The notes: a model not told the origin generated them from the letters alone. DNA of 64,000 nucleotides from Trichoplax adhaerens (GCF_000150275.1 NW_002060960.1:944469-1008468), one strand, 5' to 3'. Counted from the first letter of the stretch, positions 1 to 13,500 are shown. A program made the numbers and translations.

Positions 1-473
1 TCTTCCAGAGGTAAAATTTAATTGAAGGAAATACTGATATAATTGATATTGCAAGTTTACATAACACGTTACTACATTAAAAATACTTTACTCTGTTTCG
101 CTGGGCAGATGGAAACTGGTGAATGGGTCTACTATGACGGTAAAAACAGCTAAACTAGTTCTTTATCCTTAATAATATACGGTAAAAGCAATACCGGTGC
201 TGAAATGAAATTGCTTTATTTAATAAAAGATTTAGGAGCATACACATCGAGTACCGCTACTAATTTTAATGGGTTCAAGAAGGCTAAGAGTAGCTATTTC
301 ATAAGTGAAGATTACTGGTACGACATATTTTTGCAAAAGCTGTAGAAAATTTGATTTCATCCTCTTTACATGCAATCATATAGAGAAAATTCAAATTAAT
401 AAATTTTTAATTTATTTTCTATTGCGATAGGAATCAGTTCAAAAAAGAACTGTCGCCCATTTTCAATGTTTAA
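1..473 (+). CDS. ODC1: ODC-like (group IV PLP decarboxylase) gene, copy 1, 3' end only
   Basis: Exons <1-10, 109-139, 230-317 and 431-473 splice to ...LPE/METGEWVYYD/DLGAYTSSTATNFNGFKKAKSSYFISEDYW/NQFKKELSPIFNV*. Contains the ODC GAY and FNGF motifs, with exon boundaries identical to copies 2-4. The symbol denotes the family, not proven orthology. Confidence 0.9.
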
Positions 474-3400
474 CGCATCGCATAACCATAACCTAAATTG
501 TAGTAGAAACCGTAATCGCTATCTAGAGCACAGACTGTGCCTTGTTTGATATTTAGCAACATAATATCACTTTTTTAGGTTACATTAGCACCTACTTTAG
601 TTCAATAATTTTAGTTTACGTGGTCTTGATAATCAAAAGGAGTCAGTGAAAGAAACTGAAATTCGAAAATCAACGTATAACATTAGTTTCCAATACTGAA
701 TCTACTACCAATCTTGAACATTGGAAGAATTTTCCAATCCCAAACCCATTTGATGCTACTCTCGTAATTAAATTTTTACCCTGTCTGAACTAAAAATAAA
801 AATTTCAAACAATCTATTTACTTTTATTTTTGTGTATTTATCACCGAAGTATGCAGCGTAATCATACAGCATAGAGAATTGTCGCAGTCAGCCCCAATTA
901 TGTATAAATGTACTTTGATGACCACTTTTCAGTATTGCGGCGTAATGCATGAGTTATAAAAATTGGAATGATCGATCAATGATTTGCTTACTAAGTAATA
1001 TTTAAGGCTAAGATATCCAACTCTTATTATAAACTAGCATACACAGACCTTTTTAAATATTGTAATAAAAGCAGATTTTTATTTTAAGTTTGTAGGCCTA
1101 ACTTTATTGTGGCGTAGTAAACTTATACAGAATAAGATATAGTTTGCCGTATTACAGTATTAAAATCATAATCGCCATTTAGAATATAGATTGTGCCTCA
1201 TTTGATATTTGGCCATACAATTTTTTTTCATCGGTTATACTAGTACCAGATAATGTTAGGGTTAGGGTTAAGCTTAGTAACTTTATTTGCCTGTTTTTGA
1301 TAATTAAACGCAGTTCGTGAAAGGAATCTAAATTCGAAATCGACTTATAATATCAATTACTGACACTTTCAACTACTGCAAATGTTGAATCTTTTAATAG
1401 ATTTTGTAAATCTCAAGACAACTTTTATTCTTCATTCGTATATTAAATCCTTGCTCCGTTTCAAAGTTATCAGAAATAGTGATATTATCTTAGTAGACTA
1501 TGAACTAACAATAAAAATTATGATATTGGAAATTTGTTTATGTTAGTGCTTTATATTTAGTACCATAGTGTGCAGTGTAATAGCAGACCAGAGGGAATTG
1601 AAACATTAAGTCTCAATTATATATGCGTGCACGTTGACAACTTTGTTTCAGTAATGTGTTGTAGTAAATAACTTAAAAATTTGGACTATTCAATATATGA
1701 TTTGCTTATCACGTAATATTTGGCGAAAGTTATTACTTGCATGGACCGTGGTGTAACAGCATTACATTTTCATTTATAAATAGGGCTAATGTGGTAAATC
1801 TTCAGTTGGTTTCAATTGGTGAGAAAGATCAAAATTCATTAACCCAATTTTAGTAGGGTATGCAGTATGTTGGAAATCTGAATTTCCAATATAGATTCCC
1901 ATAGCTTTGAAATCAAAGTAATAGCTATACAGGGTGTTTACTACAGTCTTTGTATTGACTAGCGGAATATTTATGGCATTGATAAATAGAAATTATAATA
2001 CACTAAATGCGATTACGGTGCAAAAAAATGTATGGAAATGATTGCTTGTAAAAATAATCTATGTCCGTTTATCCGGTTTATCTTAGTCGTTTTCGACAGA
2101 TTATATGAGAGGTGAAAATTGAATTCACTCTCACGGACAGAAGGAATAATAAACGTAATTTTAAAACTACTCTCTCGGTTGTAACGGTTTATTGCATATC
2201 ATATGGATTTGATCAACTTAAATAACTCAGATTAAGAGTTAGAGGTCGAGAACCGATAGTAATAGTAAGAGATTATTACTAGGTCATTACAACCCTACTT
2301 AACCTATGCTATAATATTCCTTACGCTACTTAATACTTAATATGGCTCCTGCAAGTGAAAGACCCCTAACTAAGTATGATTGTCATAACTTACTCGAAGC
2401 CAATCATACCTAATTTACTGAGATTTGCTGATACCACTTACCGAAGCACCCTGTAGTCTCGCTTAATATTACGACTAATATATCTAACATCATTTACTAA
2501 CCATATGCGATGATTATAACACTTAATAGGGTGATTCTAACTCCGCTGGTCTACCATCTTATTTATTGCTATTATGGCCTTACTATAACCGAGTTTCCTA
2601 CATAGATTACCAGTATTTTTTAGCAATAAGGCAATACATTGCATTGCGAAATAATTATTAAAATCAAATACAATATTAAACAATTTATCTGTAACAGAAC
2701 TACTTTAAATTCGATCTTTAAGTAACTGCAATTGCTTCTGGTATACTAGTTTGCATGTAAACAGCGTAGAATAATACTGTAAAAGCCATCTTACTTTCTT
2801 TCGAATTTTCTTGATTGCCTTAAAGCAGGTTATTACTGGAAGATTTCTATGAACTACTGTTTGGCAACACAATATTATTACTCATGCCACAGCATCACTC
2901 TTCTTTACAGTTAACATTGTATCCAAGTAGGATTTAATTCCTTCACTTCAGCCTGCAGTTTTCTGTGCTTCGTCACAAATTTCGCTCTCAGTAAATTCAA
3001 CAACTTCCGATTATAATCCCAGTGATTCAGTATTTCTATCGGATGATACTAAGTATTCTAAAGGAAACCATAATAAGACTCGTAATTTTATCGTCAAATT
3101 GCTCCGAATCAACGACAGCTGTTTTTTAAATTTATTATTTAAAGACAACAGGCGATTATACTATTTCATAGAGACAAATATTATTAGAGCGAGAAAAATA
3201 TGTGATGACACCATTTAATCCTTTTTCTGCTGTGGACTAGATGAAAAGGATATAAAATGAAATTTGAACTTATTAGAACGTCAAAGTATGTTGATCCAAT
3301 ATGAATTTTGATATCGATAAAAGAAAAATGCATTGAATTTGACGCTAAATTTATTAATAATTCATGCAAATGCATATTTAATAAAGGTTGTGTCACGAAA

Positions 3401-3722
3401 AGTGCCCTACTGAAAGAGTAATTACTACTAAGCCAAGTAATTTTAAACTTTATGATAAGAGTAACGATGATGATTCACGCTTAATTTAATTAAAGCTATA
3501 GAATTGTGTTTTATCAAACTTCTTTGCATTGGATTTATTCACCCAATTGGTATAGAATTTGTAAGTATTCGCTTTTCTTCTTTTCTCTCCAATACGTAAT
3601 ACTTTTCAATATTTTATTTAGTGATATTAAAAGAGTTATAACAATAATTACTGTAATTGAAAAATCCGTACCTAATGCATGTTCGCGTAAATCGCATTGA
3701 AGGATCTAGTAAACTCAGCAAT

Positions 3723-6700
3723 ATGGCGTGCCCTCATCAGGTATCAATAGATGTTATTCGATCGAAATCTCTGCAAGAAATAATAACAGAAAAAACGAAT
3801 GCAGCTAATATAGAGGTCAGCTTATCACAAAACTTTACATATAGATTTGAACTGGGTCAGTATTTGAGCATTAAATTCTCAAATATATGCAGGTTTTTTG
3901 ATTAATTTCAAGCCTACTTTGCACTTTTATGGTTTTAAGATAATGGCTCCATTTTGAAGTTTTTTCTTATTAATGTATTGCATTTTAATTAAAGAATGAG
4001 GACGATCCATTCTATTTAGTGGATATCAGCGATGTCATAAACAAGTATAAAACTGTAAGTAATGATACTCAAATGCGCTCTTAATATCTATATTTGAGAT
4101 TTACATTGCAATATCCTACTTTATATCTTTTAAATGTTATAACTGCCTAATTTAACACTTAATAATAAGTATCATTCTGTTTAAAGTACTTATTAATATA
4201 TTGGTTCCAAACCGTATCATGCTATACCACATTAAGTGCAAAAGTATTTTACTAGCGAATATTTTTAGATTCTAATGAAATACAGAGCATAAAAAATATA
4301 TTAGACTCTACCGATCATCAAAATCTTTTTGTAACTCCTGCATTTAAACTTGAAAGAGAATTTGCAATAAGCTCATATTGTTTAGCCAATTTGTATCAAC
4401 TTAAGAAATTGCCCAAACTAAGATATTATCTATTAAATTGGCCTTATTTGGTCTTAGCATTAAGCGTTTCCTTTATATCATTTCTCGTAGCTAAATAGTG
4501 GTATCTGCACACTATTTCTTCAATGAGTCACGCCAATTATTGTATTTTTCTCATTATGATGAAATAAATTTTCTGATCATACTTCATTTTCTTACTGTCT
4601 CCATTGAAAAAAAGTGGATTTCCATGATACCACGTGTTAAGCCATTTTACGGTACATTTCCACTATCAAATATATTGCAACTTTAAAATTTGCTGCAGCT
4701 ATTTTTCAAAGTTTTCTTTATTACTCACATTTTCCTTACAGCAATGAAATCAAATCCAGATTTTCAGATAGCAGCTACATTATGTGGTTTAGGTACTGGT
4801 TTGGATGTTGCAAGTGCTGTAAGTTGTACTTATAATCTTCTATATTCAAAATATAGTTTCAGTTTAAATCATTGAAAATATTGAAAATAGGGAGAAATTG
4901 AAACCGCTGTAGCAGTAGGTCTCAAAGATGAGGATGTTATATACTCTAATACTTGCAAAGGAATTTCTCATTTAAAGTAAGTAAAAGATTAATTGCTTTC
5001 ATTTTGGTACAGAAATATGCTAGCTAAATGTACGTTGTTATCGATGTGATGGTGTTTGGTCAGAATTCTTTTCATTATTCTATTCTAGACTTGAAATTTA
5101 GAGTAGTACGACATTTAGTACAGTTAAATTTTTAAATTTGTAACAAAGATAAGTCTATTGATTTGTTTAAATTGAAATTATTAGGGTAGCTGCTAAAGAG
5201 AATTTAACGCAGATGACATTTGACAGTGAAGTCGAACTGCATAGAATTAAACGTTTATATCCTAGTGCCAGGTATATATTTTAAATATGATTGGATAAGT
5301 AAATGTGATGTTAATGTTTTTAACTCTTATAAAAATAACTTTGAGGATATTTAATAAACATATGTAGACTAGTATTACGCTTACTTGTGGATGATTCCCA
5401 TTCTGAGCTTAAGGTAGAGCTTTCAATATATTGTTATATCGACTCTCCTTTCGCCTTATTTAACTTGTTGTTACTACTTCATGTGTTTCCTAGCTTGGAG
5501 TAAAAGCTGGAGCTTCTTTCAGTAGAGTGCCGCATCTATTGAAAGTTGCTAAAGAATTAGGTTTAAATGTGATAGGAACAAGGTAAGTGATTATTCTAAT
5601 ACATGAATCGGCGATAAAGTTCTATGTAGTAGATTAACACAAACATTTGCGTTAGTTTTCATAATTCGGAAGATACAGTAAGCGCATAACTATCATTATC
5701 TATTTCGTAATCCAATATTAACCTAAAATTTAATTCGAGTTAATACATTTTTACGGCTTTAACGCTTCATAATAGTTTCCACGTTGGTTCTGAATGCGGT
5801 AGCCCTGATGCTTATGCCAAGGCAATAGAAAAAAGCAGAAGGGTTTTTGATATCGCGGTTTGTTTAAAAATTATCCTATAATGTTGCTCAATTGTTATAA
5901 TTTTGGTTGAGTATGGAGGCTTATTTACATTTATGCAATAGAAAGGGCTCGGTATGAAATTTAATCTGTTAGATATCGGTGGTGGATATCCGGGGCAAAT
6001 AAACGAATTGTTCACAAATGTAAGTCATCGTTATCTCCCAAGGTATATAACAACCTTTTGCTAACTATGACAGCCAAACTGCTATACTTTTAGATATCTC
6101 GTATTATAAATAAAGCATTAGACATCCATTTTCCTTCAGATAGTGGAGTCCGAATAATTTCTGAACCAGGTAATTCTCTGTGGCTATCTTATGAACGTTT
6201 AAAGTCAATTTAATTTCTATTAAATATCCAGTTCGTTCACTGCAAGACAAAAATACTATGAATATATTAATATATATTTACATTAAAATTGAACACAAGG
6301 CCAATACTTCTCTTGTTCTTCATCAATTCTGGTGGCAAATATTATCAGTAAGCGCATAAGATTTGAGGATGACGACACCCAAATTGAAGGTACGAGAGCT
6401 AAAATTTAGTACTGCATATTAGCAATAAGATGAGAGTCAAATTGTTGCCCCTTTTGCATCAATTTATATAATTTATTAGTTAATACATGAAAACTGATAG
6501 TATTTCAAATTTAAATTTTTTATTGCTAGGCTATCCAAGTGATAAGGAAAATATGGTGATGATTGTGTTTAAATTTTGTAACCTTTTCAATTGATTCTAC
6601 TTTAATCATTGAATGCTGTTATTTTTATAGGAAATAACGTATCATATTAATGAAGGTGTAATAGGCGCATTCATTAGTAAATTGATTATAAATTTGCTGT

Positions 6701-7273
6701 ATATTCCGAAAAAATTGATAAAAAGCAACGAAAAATGCTATCGCAGTAGTATGTGGGGCCCAACATGCACTCCAGTAGATCAAATTTTAAGCGATTATAA
6801 TCTACCTGAGGTATATCTTCATTTTTGAAGAAATGCAATATTAGAAACTTTAAATTTCCTAAGCCCGCAATTAATATATACTTTTTTTCCATTTCGATGG
6901 ACAGATGGAAGTTGGCGAATGGGTCTATTATGAAAGTGAGTGCATTTATTATTTCTTAAAATGTATAAGATAATTCTATCGTAAACAGAAAATCGTATAA
7001 CGAAGCTATTTTATTGCAAGATCTGGGGGCATATTCATCCGGTTTAGCCACAGATTTTAATGGATTCAAATGCAAAAAAAAATATTATTTTATAAATGAA
7101 AAAGATTGGTATGATACATTTATTGCAATACCCTCTTGTATGTGAAACTGTTATTTTTGAAATTCACTCCTCAGCAGAAATGCAGTTGCTTAACCGATAA
7201 TAATAACGCAATTTGCTCTAATTTCGATAGGGATCAATACAAGAAAGAATTATCTCCTTATTTCAAAAATTAA
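3723..7273 (+). CDS. ODC1: ODC-like decarboxylase, copy 2 (17 coding exons, ~422 aa)
   Basis: Exons 3723-3815, 3995-4054, 4615-4651, 4742-4818, 4891-4976, 5185-5271, 5368-5413, 5494-5582, 5776-5857, 5942-6019, 6094-6169, 6300-6389, 6530-6555, 6631-6810, 6905-6935, 7021-7108, 7231-7273 give one open frame. Motifs: PFYAMKSN (PLP Lys), MTFDS, SFHVGS, DIGGGYPG, SEPGQYF, WGPTCTPVD, GAY, FNGF. Family-level symbol. Confidence 0.93.
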
Positions 7274-7598
7274 CAAATTGCAGTATATGATCATCAGCTG
7301 AGCAGTACTAGTACAAAACCCATAGATTTAAGAGCACACGTATACATTATTGAATACCCTGTAAGATTTATAATTTTAAGCCTTAAATATTTCTGCAGTC
7401 GAGCTTTAGTCGACCAATTTTAGAAATTAAGATTAAAAATTAACAAATTGCAGTATATGATCATCCGCCGAGCAGTACTAATACAAAACCCATAGATTTA
7501 AAAGCACATGGATACATTATTGAATACTCTGTAAGATTTATGATTTAAAGCCTTAAATATTTCTGCAGTCGAGCTTTAGTCGACCAATTTTAGAAATT
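7265..7598. repeat. 170-bp tandem duplication beginning at the stop codon of ODC-like copy 2
   Basis: 7265-7434 and 7435-7598 are near-identical (aaaaattaacaaattgcagtatatgatcatc...gtcgagctttagtcgaccaattttagaaatt). Confidence 0.95.
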
Positions 7599-8440
7599 TG
7601 ATAATTTCGTGTATAAGTAATCTCTTTTCTTCATACATACAGTTTTTAAATGTGTAACACGATCAGAAAATGTTTGTTGAATTCATGTTTAATATTTAAA
7701 TTAACTGCTGATACTAAAACTATTACGTTATTCATCAAGGATAAAGTGAAGTTATGCTGAAGATCAGAGTTCATTTCTATTATGATCCTACTACTTTTTC
7801 GTTATTTCAAAGTATGATTAGTAATCATAACAGGACTTCAATGCACTTTAATTTGCTCCTAATAAAATTTGCATTATTCGCGTGAGTTTTAGAAAATTGC
7901 TCTGAACCACTGAAAGGTATTAGCCATTAAAATCCTAAGATAATGTTAAATGTGCACATACATTATAAGGTTTGCCATTGCTAGATAAAGTAGAAATTAC
8001 TAACTTAATGGCGAATAAATATGCAGCATTAATACTCTAATGCTATTACTAAGCTCTACATAGCTATAGGGTTGGCTAAATATTTCATTTGAAAGCAATT
8101 GGCATTAGTACTACTACATTGCATTCATCTATTTACTACCCAAAATTTGTTATTCTAAGGTTTGTTTAATTTATATTGGCCAACTGACTAAATTACACTA
8201 AATAAAATTACGCAGCGTGTGATTGCTAGGTCTGCCGGGATAAATAGAGTTTCTGGATACTGTGCTTAACCACTAGTATTTATTTTGATGCTTCCTACTA
8301 CAGTCTTGACCTATCAATATCTAAATTTATTTTTATATTCTGTTATCATAGATTTTTTGAAACAAAGTACAGTACTAAACCAAATAATATAGATTGAACA
8401 CTCAATGGTGCTGTAGCAATAACTTTAAACAGTTTAACGT

Positions 8441-9865
8441 ACTAGCTTAACGTCTGATCACTTTGCTGACAGAGATACCGTAGCCTATTCCATTCTTTTA
8501 ATCCATAAAAACCAGAATAGGTTAACGCTCGAATTCGCTTTAACTTACTCGTTTAACGTCCTGTTACTTCGCTGATAGAGATGCTACAGTTTTATCCATT
8601 ATTTCAATCCATAAAGAGAGAGTATGCTTATATCGCACAGTAATTAACTAGCTTAACGTATTGCCACTTGGCTGACAGAGATACTAAAGTCTTTTCCATG
8701 CATAAAAAGAGAGTAGGCTTAAAACTTAATACTACTCAGTAATCAGTTAGCTTAACGTTTTGCCACTTCCCTGGCAGAGATAGATACTATAGTCTTTTCC
8801 GTTATTTCAATCCATAAAGAGAGAGTATGCTTATGTTGCACAGTAATCAACTAGCTTAACGTCTTACCACTTCGCTGATAGAGATACTACAATTTTTTCC
8901 ACTATTTCAATCCATGAAACGAGAGTAGACTTAAACTTAGTACTGCTCAGTCATAAACTAGCTTTAACGTACTAACTTAACGTCTTATTACTTCGCTGAT
9001 AGAGATCCTACAGTCTTTTCCATCATTTCAATCCATAAAGAGAGTGCTGACTTATATTTAATAGTTAATATTTAATATTGCTCTGTAATCAACTAGCTTA
9101 ACGTTTTGCCACTTCGCTGACAGAGATACTAAAGTCTTTTCCATGCATAAAAAGAGAGTAGGCTTAAAACTTATTACTACTCAGTAATCAGTTAGCTTAA
9201 CGTTTTGCCACTTCCCTGGCAGAGATAGGTACTATAGTCTTTTCCGTTATTTCAATCCATAAAGAGAGAGTATGCTTATGTTGCACAGTAATCAACTAGC
9301 TTAACGTCTTGCCACATCGCTGACAGAGATGTTAACGTCCTTTCAATCACTAAAAAGAGAGTAAGCTTAAGCTTAACACTGTTCAGTAATCAGCTAGCTT
9401 AATGGCGTGCCACTTTACTGGCAGAGATAGATACTACAGACTTTTCCATTATTTTAATCCATCAAAAGAGTATAGGCTTACACTTAATATTGCACAGTAC
9501 TCAACTAGCTTAACGTCTGCACTCGTCGCTGTCAGAAATACTACCGTTTTTTCCATCATTTCTGTGCATAAAACGGAAGTAACTTACGCTTAATATTGCA
9601 CAGTAATCAACTAGCTTAGCGTCTTGCCATTTCGCTGTCAGAAATACTACCGTCTTTTCCATTATTTCCAAGCATAAAACGAGAGTAGGCTTAAGCTTAA
9701 GACTGCTTAGTAATCAACTAATTGAACGTCTTGCCATTTCGCTGGCAGAAATACTACCGTTTTTGCTATCCTTTGCATGCATAAAACGAGAGAAGGCTTA
9801 AGTTGAACACTGCTTAGTAATCAACTGGCTTAACGTCTTGCTACAAATCAATAAAGAGAGAGTAA
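8441..9865. repeat. Minisatellite, ~13-14 diverged units of ~100-110 bp
   Basis: Recurring core aactagcttaacgtcttgccacttcgctgacagagatactacagtcttttcc...gagagtaggctta...cagtaatc, with unit starts near 8441, 8548, 8648, 8746, 8851, 8958, 9093, 9191, 9296, 9393, 9505, 9611, 9717 and 9824. Confidence 0.93.
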
Positions 9866-10596
9866 GTTGAGGCAATTGGTTTTACAATAATTCTCAACTA
9901 CTTGTTCTATTTCCTGTCTCCCTTGCTCATCCAGAGTTTAATTGCAGGAAATTTTCACCAAGGTCGTTAGTTCAATTCGCTCTTCTAGACATGAATATTC
10001 AACACCTCGTAAACTAGTGTATCATGTACTCCATTGAGCCAAATAATCTGTATGGCATTCGAGCAAAGTACAACACAGTAAAGAGCAAAGTTCAAGGTGC
10101 TCGTTGAGCATCAATTGCACTAGACTCTACGATATAGGCAAGCAATTAGCCATTTTTTTCCAGTCAAGCATTAGGAGTTTGCCTTATCCTGCTCATCATA
10201 GCCACTACAAGTACGATACTTGATGCAGCCATTTGTCATGCAAATTATCTTATTCTTCATTTCCAATGCAATTTGTGTTAGCTGATGTAATTGTTGATGA
10301 ACGTATACTTATTCAGTATGATTAATTAATTCTTCATACTATGGTGTTGTTGTTAGCTTAAGGAATAGACTTTCCGATCGATCCTTCTGAATACATTTCA
10401 AGTTGGACTGGTAGCAGTCTTCATTTTCCTTCCGTTTTGATTTGTATTTTTTGGTGCAGAAATTGTAAGTATCTACTTGTTTCTTTCCTTGTACAAAGAT
10501 ATGATCTTGCTTGTAAGCAATCTTGAAAGGGATTTTACTAAGTGTACTATAACAACATCGATCTTGTAGCGTAGAAAAACCTACAGACTCAGCAAG

Positions 10597-13500
10597 ATGG
10601 CGTGTCATCGTGCTGCGCCAATAGACATTATACAATCACAATCATTGCAAGAATTAATTCTGGAAAGAACAAACGCAGCGAAATTAAAAGTAAGTCAACT
10701 TCTCCAGCATGCACATTTCAATTTATCCTGATTTGCCACTAGAAATTCTATTCAAAGGATCATTTGCAAGTCGGTTTGTAGAATGTTCAACATTTCCACT
10801 TGGGTGATTTTACTTGAAAATGTTTCTGTTTTAATTTATATTATGGCGTTAATCAACACGTTGCAAAAAAAGAATGATGATGAACCATTTTATTTAGTGG
10901 ATATTGGCGACGTTATATACAAGTACGTAACTGTAAGTAAGCGGAATGGGATGTTTTTTTACTGTCCTTACTTAAGATTGACGTTATGCCACGGTACTAT
11001 GTCTTTCTTCACATCTTTAAAATGTTTAACTGGCTAAATCGAAGCAGCTACAATGTAAAAAGATGACCATAACTGACATTGCATTTCACTTACATTTCTT
11101 GTTCAACTCCGAAAAGTACTCTACCTTAGAACACTAAAGAGGTTTAGATACTTTTTACCAGACAAAATACAAATGGCCAAAATAATTTTAGAACAAACTC
11201 ACAGTTACAGCTATTCTAGCCTCTGTACACCACGATTAGATTTGAGCAATCTTAAATAGCAAGTTCATGTTGTTACACTGTCTAGGCTTTTTATTTTAAC
11301 TTATTGGTGCTCTATCTTTCATATCTATTATCGTACTTAGATTGAATGTTAAGTTGCTAACTTTACCTATAACTACAATGTTGTTATTGATCACTAGTAT
11401 AATTCTTTTTCTTATTTTCTGATCATGACGCTATTCTTTTTCACATCTCACGACTGAAATTAGTGGACGTCCATGATGCCTGGTATCAGGCCTTATTTTG
11501 GTATGTTTCTTCTACTAGACTTATGACAGCTGTAGTACTTACCTTTCAGGTACGACTAGCAACTGAAGGTTTATTCGATAATTAATTTTTCCCTTCAAGC
11601 TTTGAAATGCCACCCGGATTTCCAGATTATAGCCACTTTATGTAGTTTAGGTGCTGGTTTGGACGTAGCAAGTGCTGTAAGTTCTGATGTACAATAGTGA
11701 TGAACAGGCAGAACTTGAGTTATAAAAATATCATTTTGATATTAGGGAGAAATAGAAATAGCTAGAGCATTAGGTCTCCAAGATGAAGATGTAGTCTACT
11801 CCAATACTTGCAAGGGAATTTCTCATATAAGGTATGCTTGCCTAAAATTAGAGTCGTGATTACGTATCGTCTATTGCTAATCGCTGTGAATAGAATAAAC
11901 TTTTATTTCTGAAAGTATCAATGCATAAGAACACTTCATGATCTGATATAAATAACATCCATCTTTATACGGGATGATTCAATGGAATTCAAAATTGCTG
12001 ACGAATTTATTACCTCGTGTTAATTTTAATCTATTAGGGCAGCAGCTAAAGAAGGTCTGACGCAGATGTCCTTTGATAGCGAGGTAGAACTACAAAGAAT
12101 TAAGCTTACATTTCCAAATGCGAAGTAAGTAATTGAATGTGAATCCTACGAGTGGATTAGATGCCACTCTTTTCCGATGAATTAATAAATGATTTGGCTT
12201 TTACATTATGCAGACTGCTAATACGTTTGCTTGTGGATGACTCACATTCCATCCTTAAGGTATAGTAGAGCAATAAGAGAGTTTAATGAGCTCTATTTTT
12301 ACCCTATTTTTATGCATTTAATACGGTGCTATTAAAATAATAGACAGGTGCAAAAGCTGGAACTCCGTTCAGTAGAGTATCGCACCTGTTTAAGGTTGCT
12401 AAAGAATTAGGTTTAAATGTAGTCGGTACAAGGTAATCGAATGATTCACATAGCAATCACCTTAACATGTTCAACTTATAATCAGTAAAATTCGACTTTG
12501 ATATATTGCTAGCAGTAAACACGGTATGCATGTATGTTCTCCTCTTTATTAGAATTTATGCTAGAAAGAGATGGTACTGCCATTAATCAGTACTTAATAG
12601 GCTTTCTTTTTGTTCTCTATTCAATATTATTTCAAATACATCACCCATTGTTAATACTGTGGACAATTTGAACTATTCCAATAAGTTTTCACATCGGTTC
12701 CGGTTGTCATGACCCTAGTGCTTTTACGAAGGCCATAGAAAAGTCTAAAAAGGCCTTTGATATCGCGGTTAGTCCACTAGTTGTAGTGAAGTAGAACCCT
12801 TTAGCCTAACTTAACTACTTAAAATTTAATTTGATTGTTACAACAGAAAGAGCAAGGCTTGGAACTCAAGGTGCTAGATATTGGAGGTGGATTTCCTGGA
12901 CATGCAAACACATTATTCGAAAATGTCAGTCCTGATGAATTATTTCAGTAAATTCAATGCTGCTTTTAAACGTAGAGCTTTTGATTTTCAGATGTGCCAT
13001 GCTGTCAATCAAGCTATAGACATTCATTTTCCAGCAGATAGTGGAGTGAAAATAATTGCTGAGCCAGGTAATAGTCTAGATGTTGATACTGATCTCATGA
13101 AATCTGCCACATGAAATGATATCTTACAAAGCGTCAGAGATTCTAAGATGAAATATCATTAAATGACCTAGTTTGCTCATAATTTGAACATAGGCAGGTT
13201 CTTTGCCCATACTTCTTCAACTTTGGTTGCCAATATTATCGGTAAACGACTTAGATATAGTGATGACGACGTTCAGATTGAAGGTACGGTATTAAGTGCA
13301 ATGAAACAGCTTCTAAAATTCGATAAAATAACAAGAATAAGATGGGCACGCGTTACTAAATAGCCAAATAACTACACAGAGATACAAAACTGACATATAC
13401 TCCAATTTTTAATATTCATTTTAGGGCACCCTAATGATACGGAAAATATGGTGATATTTTTTTTAGTTTTAATTACCACCATGCATTAAGTTAATTTTAA

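Noticed and set aside
1256-1272. TTAGGGTTAGGGTTAAG telomere-like repeat
   Set aside because: Only two perfect units, too short to call an interstitial telomere.
8441-9865. Minisatellite considered as a CRISPR array or hammerhead/retrozyme array
   Set aside because: Whole units are homologous, with no unique spacers and no cas genes in a eukaryotic context. The ctgacag/ctgatag core does not match the hammerhead CUGANGA...GAAA core on either strand.
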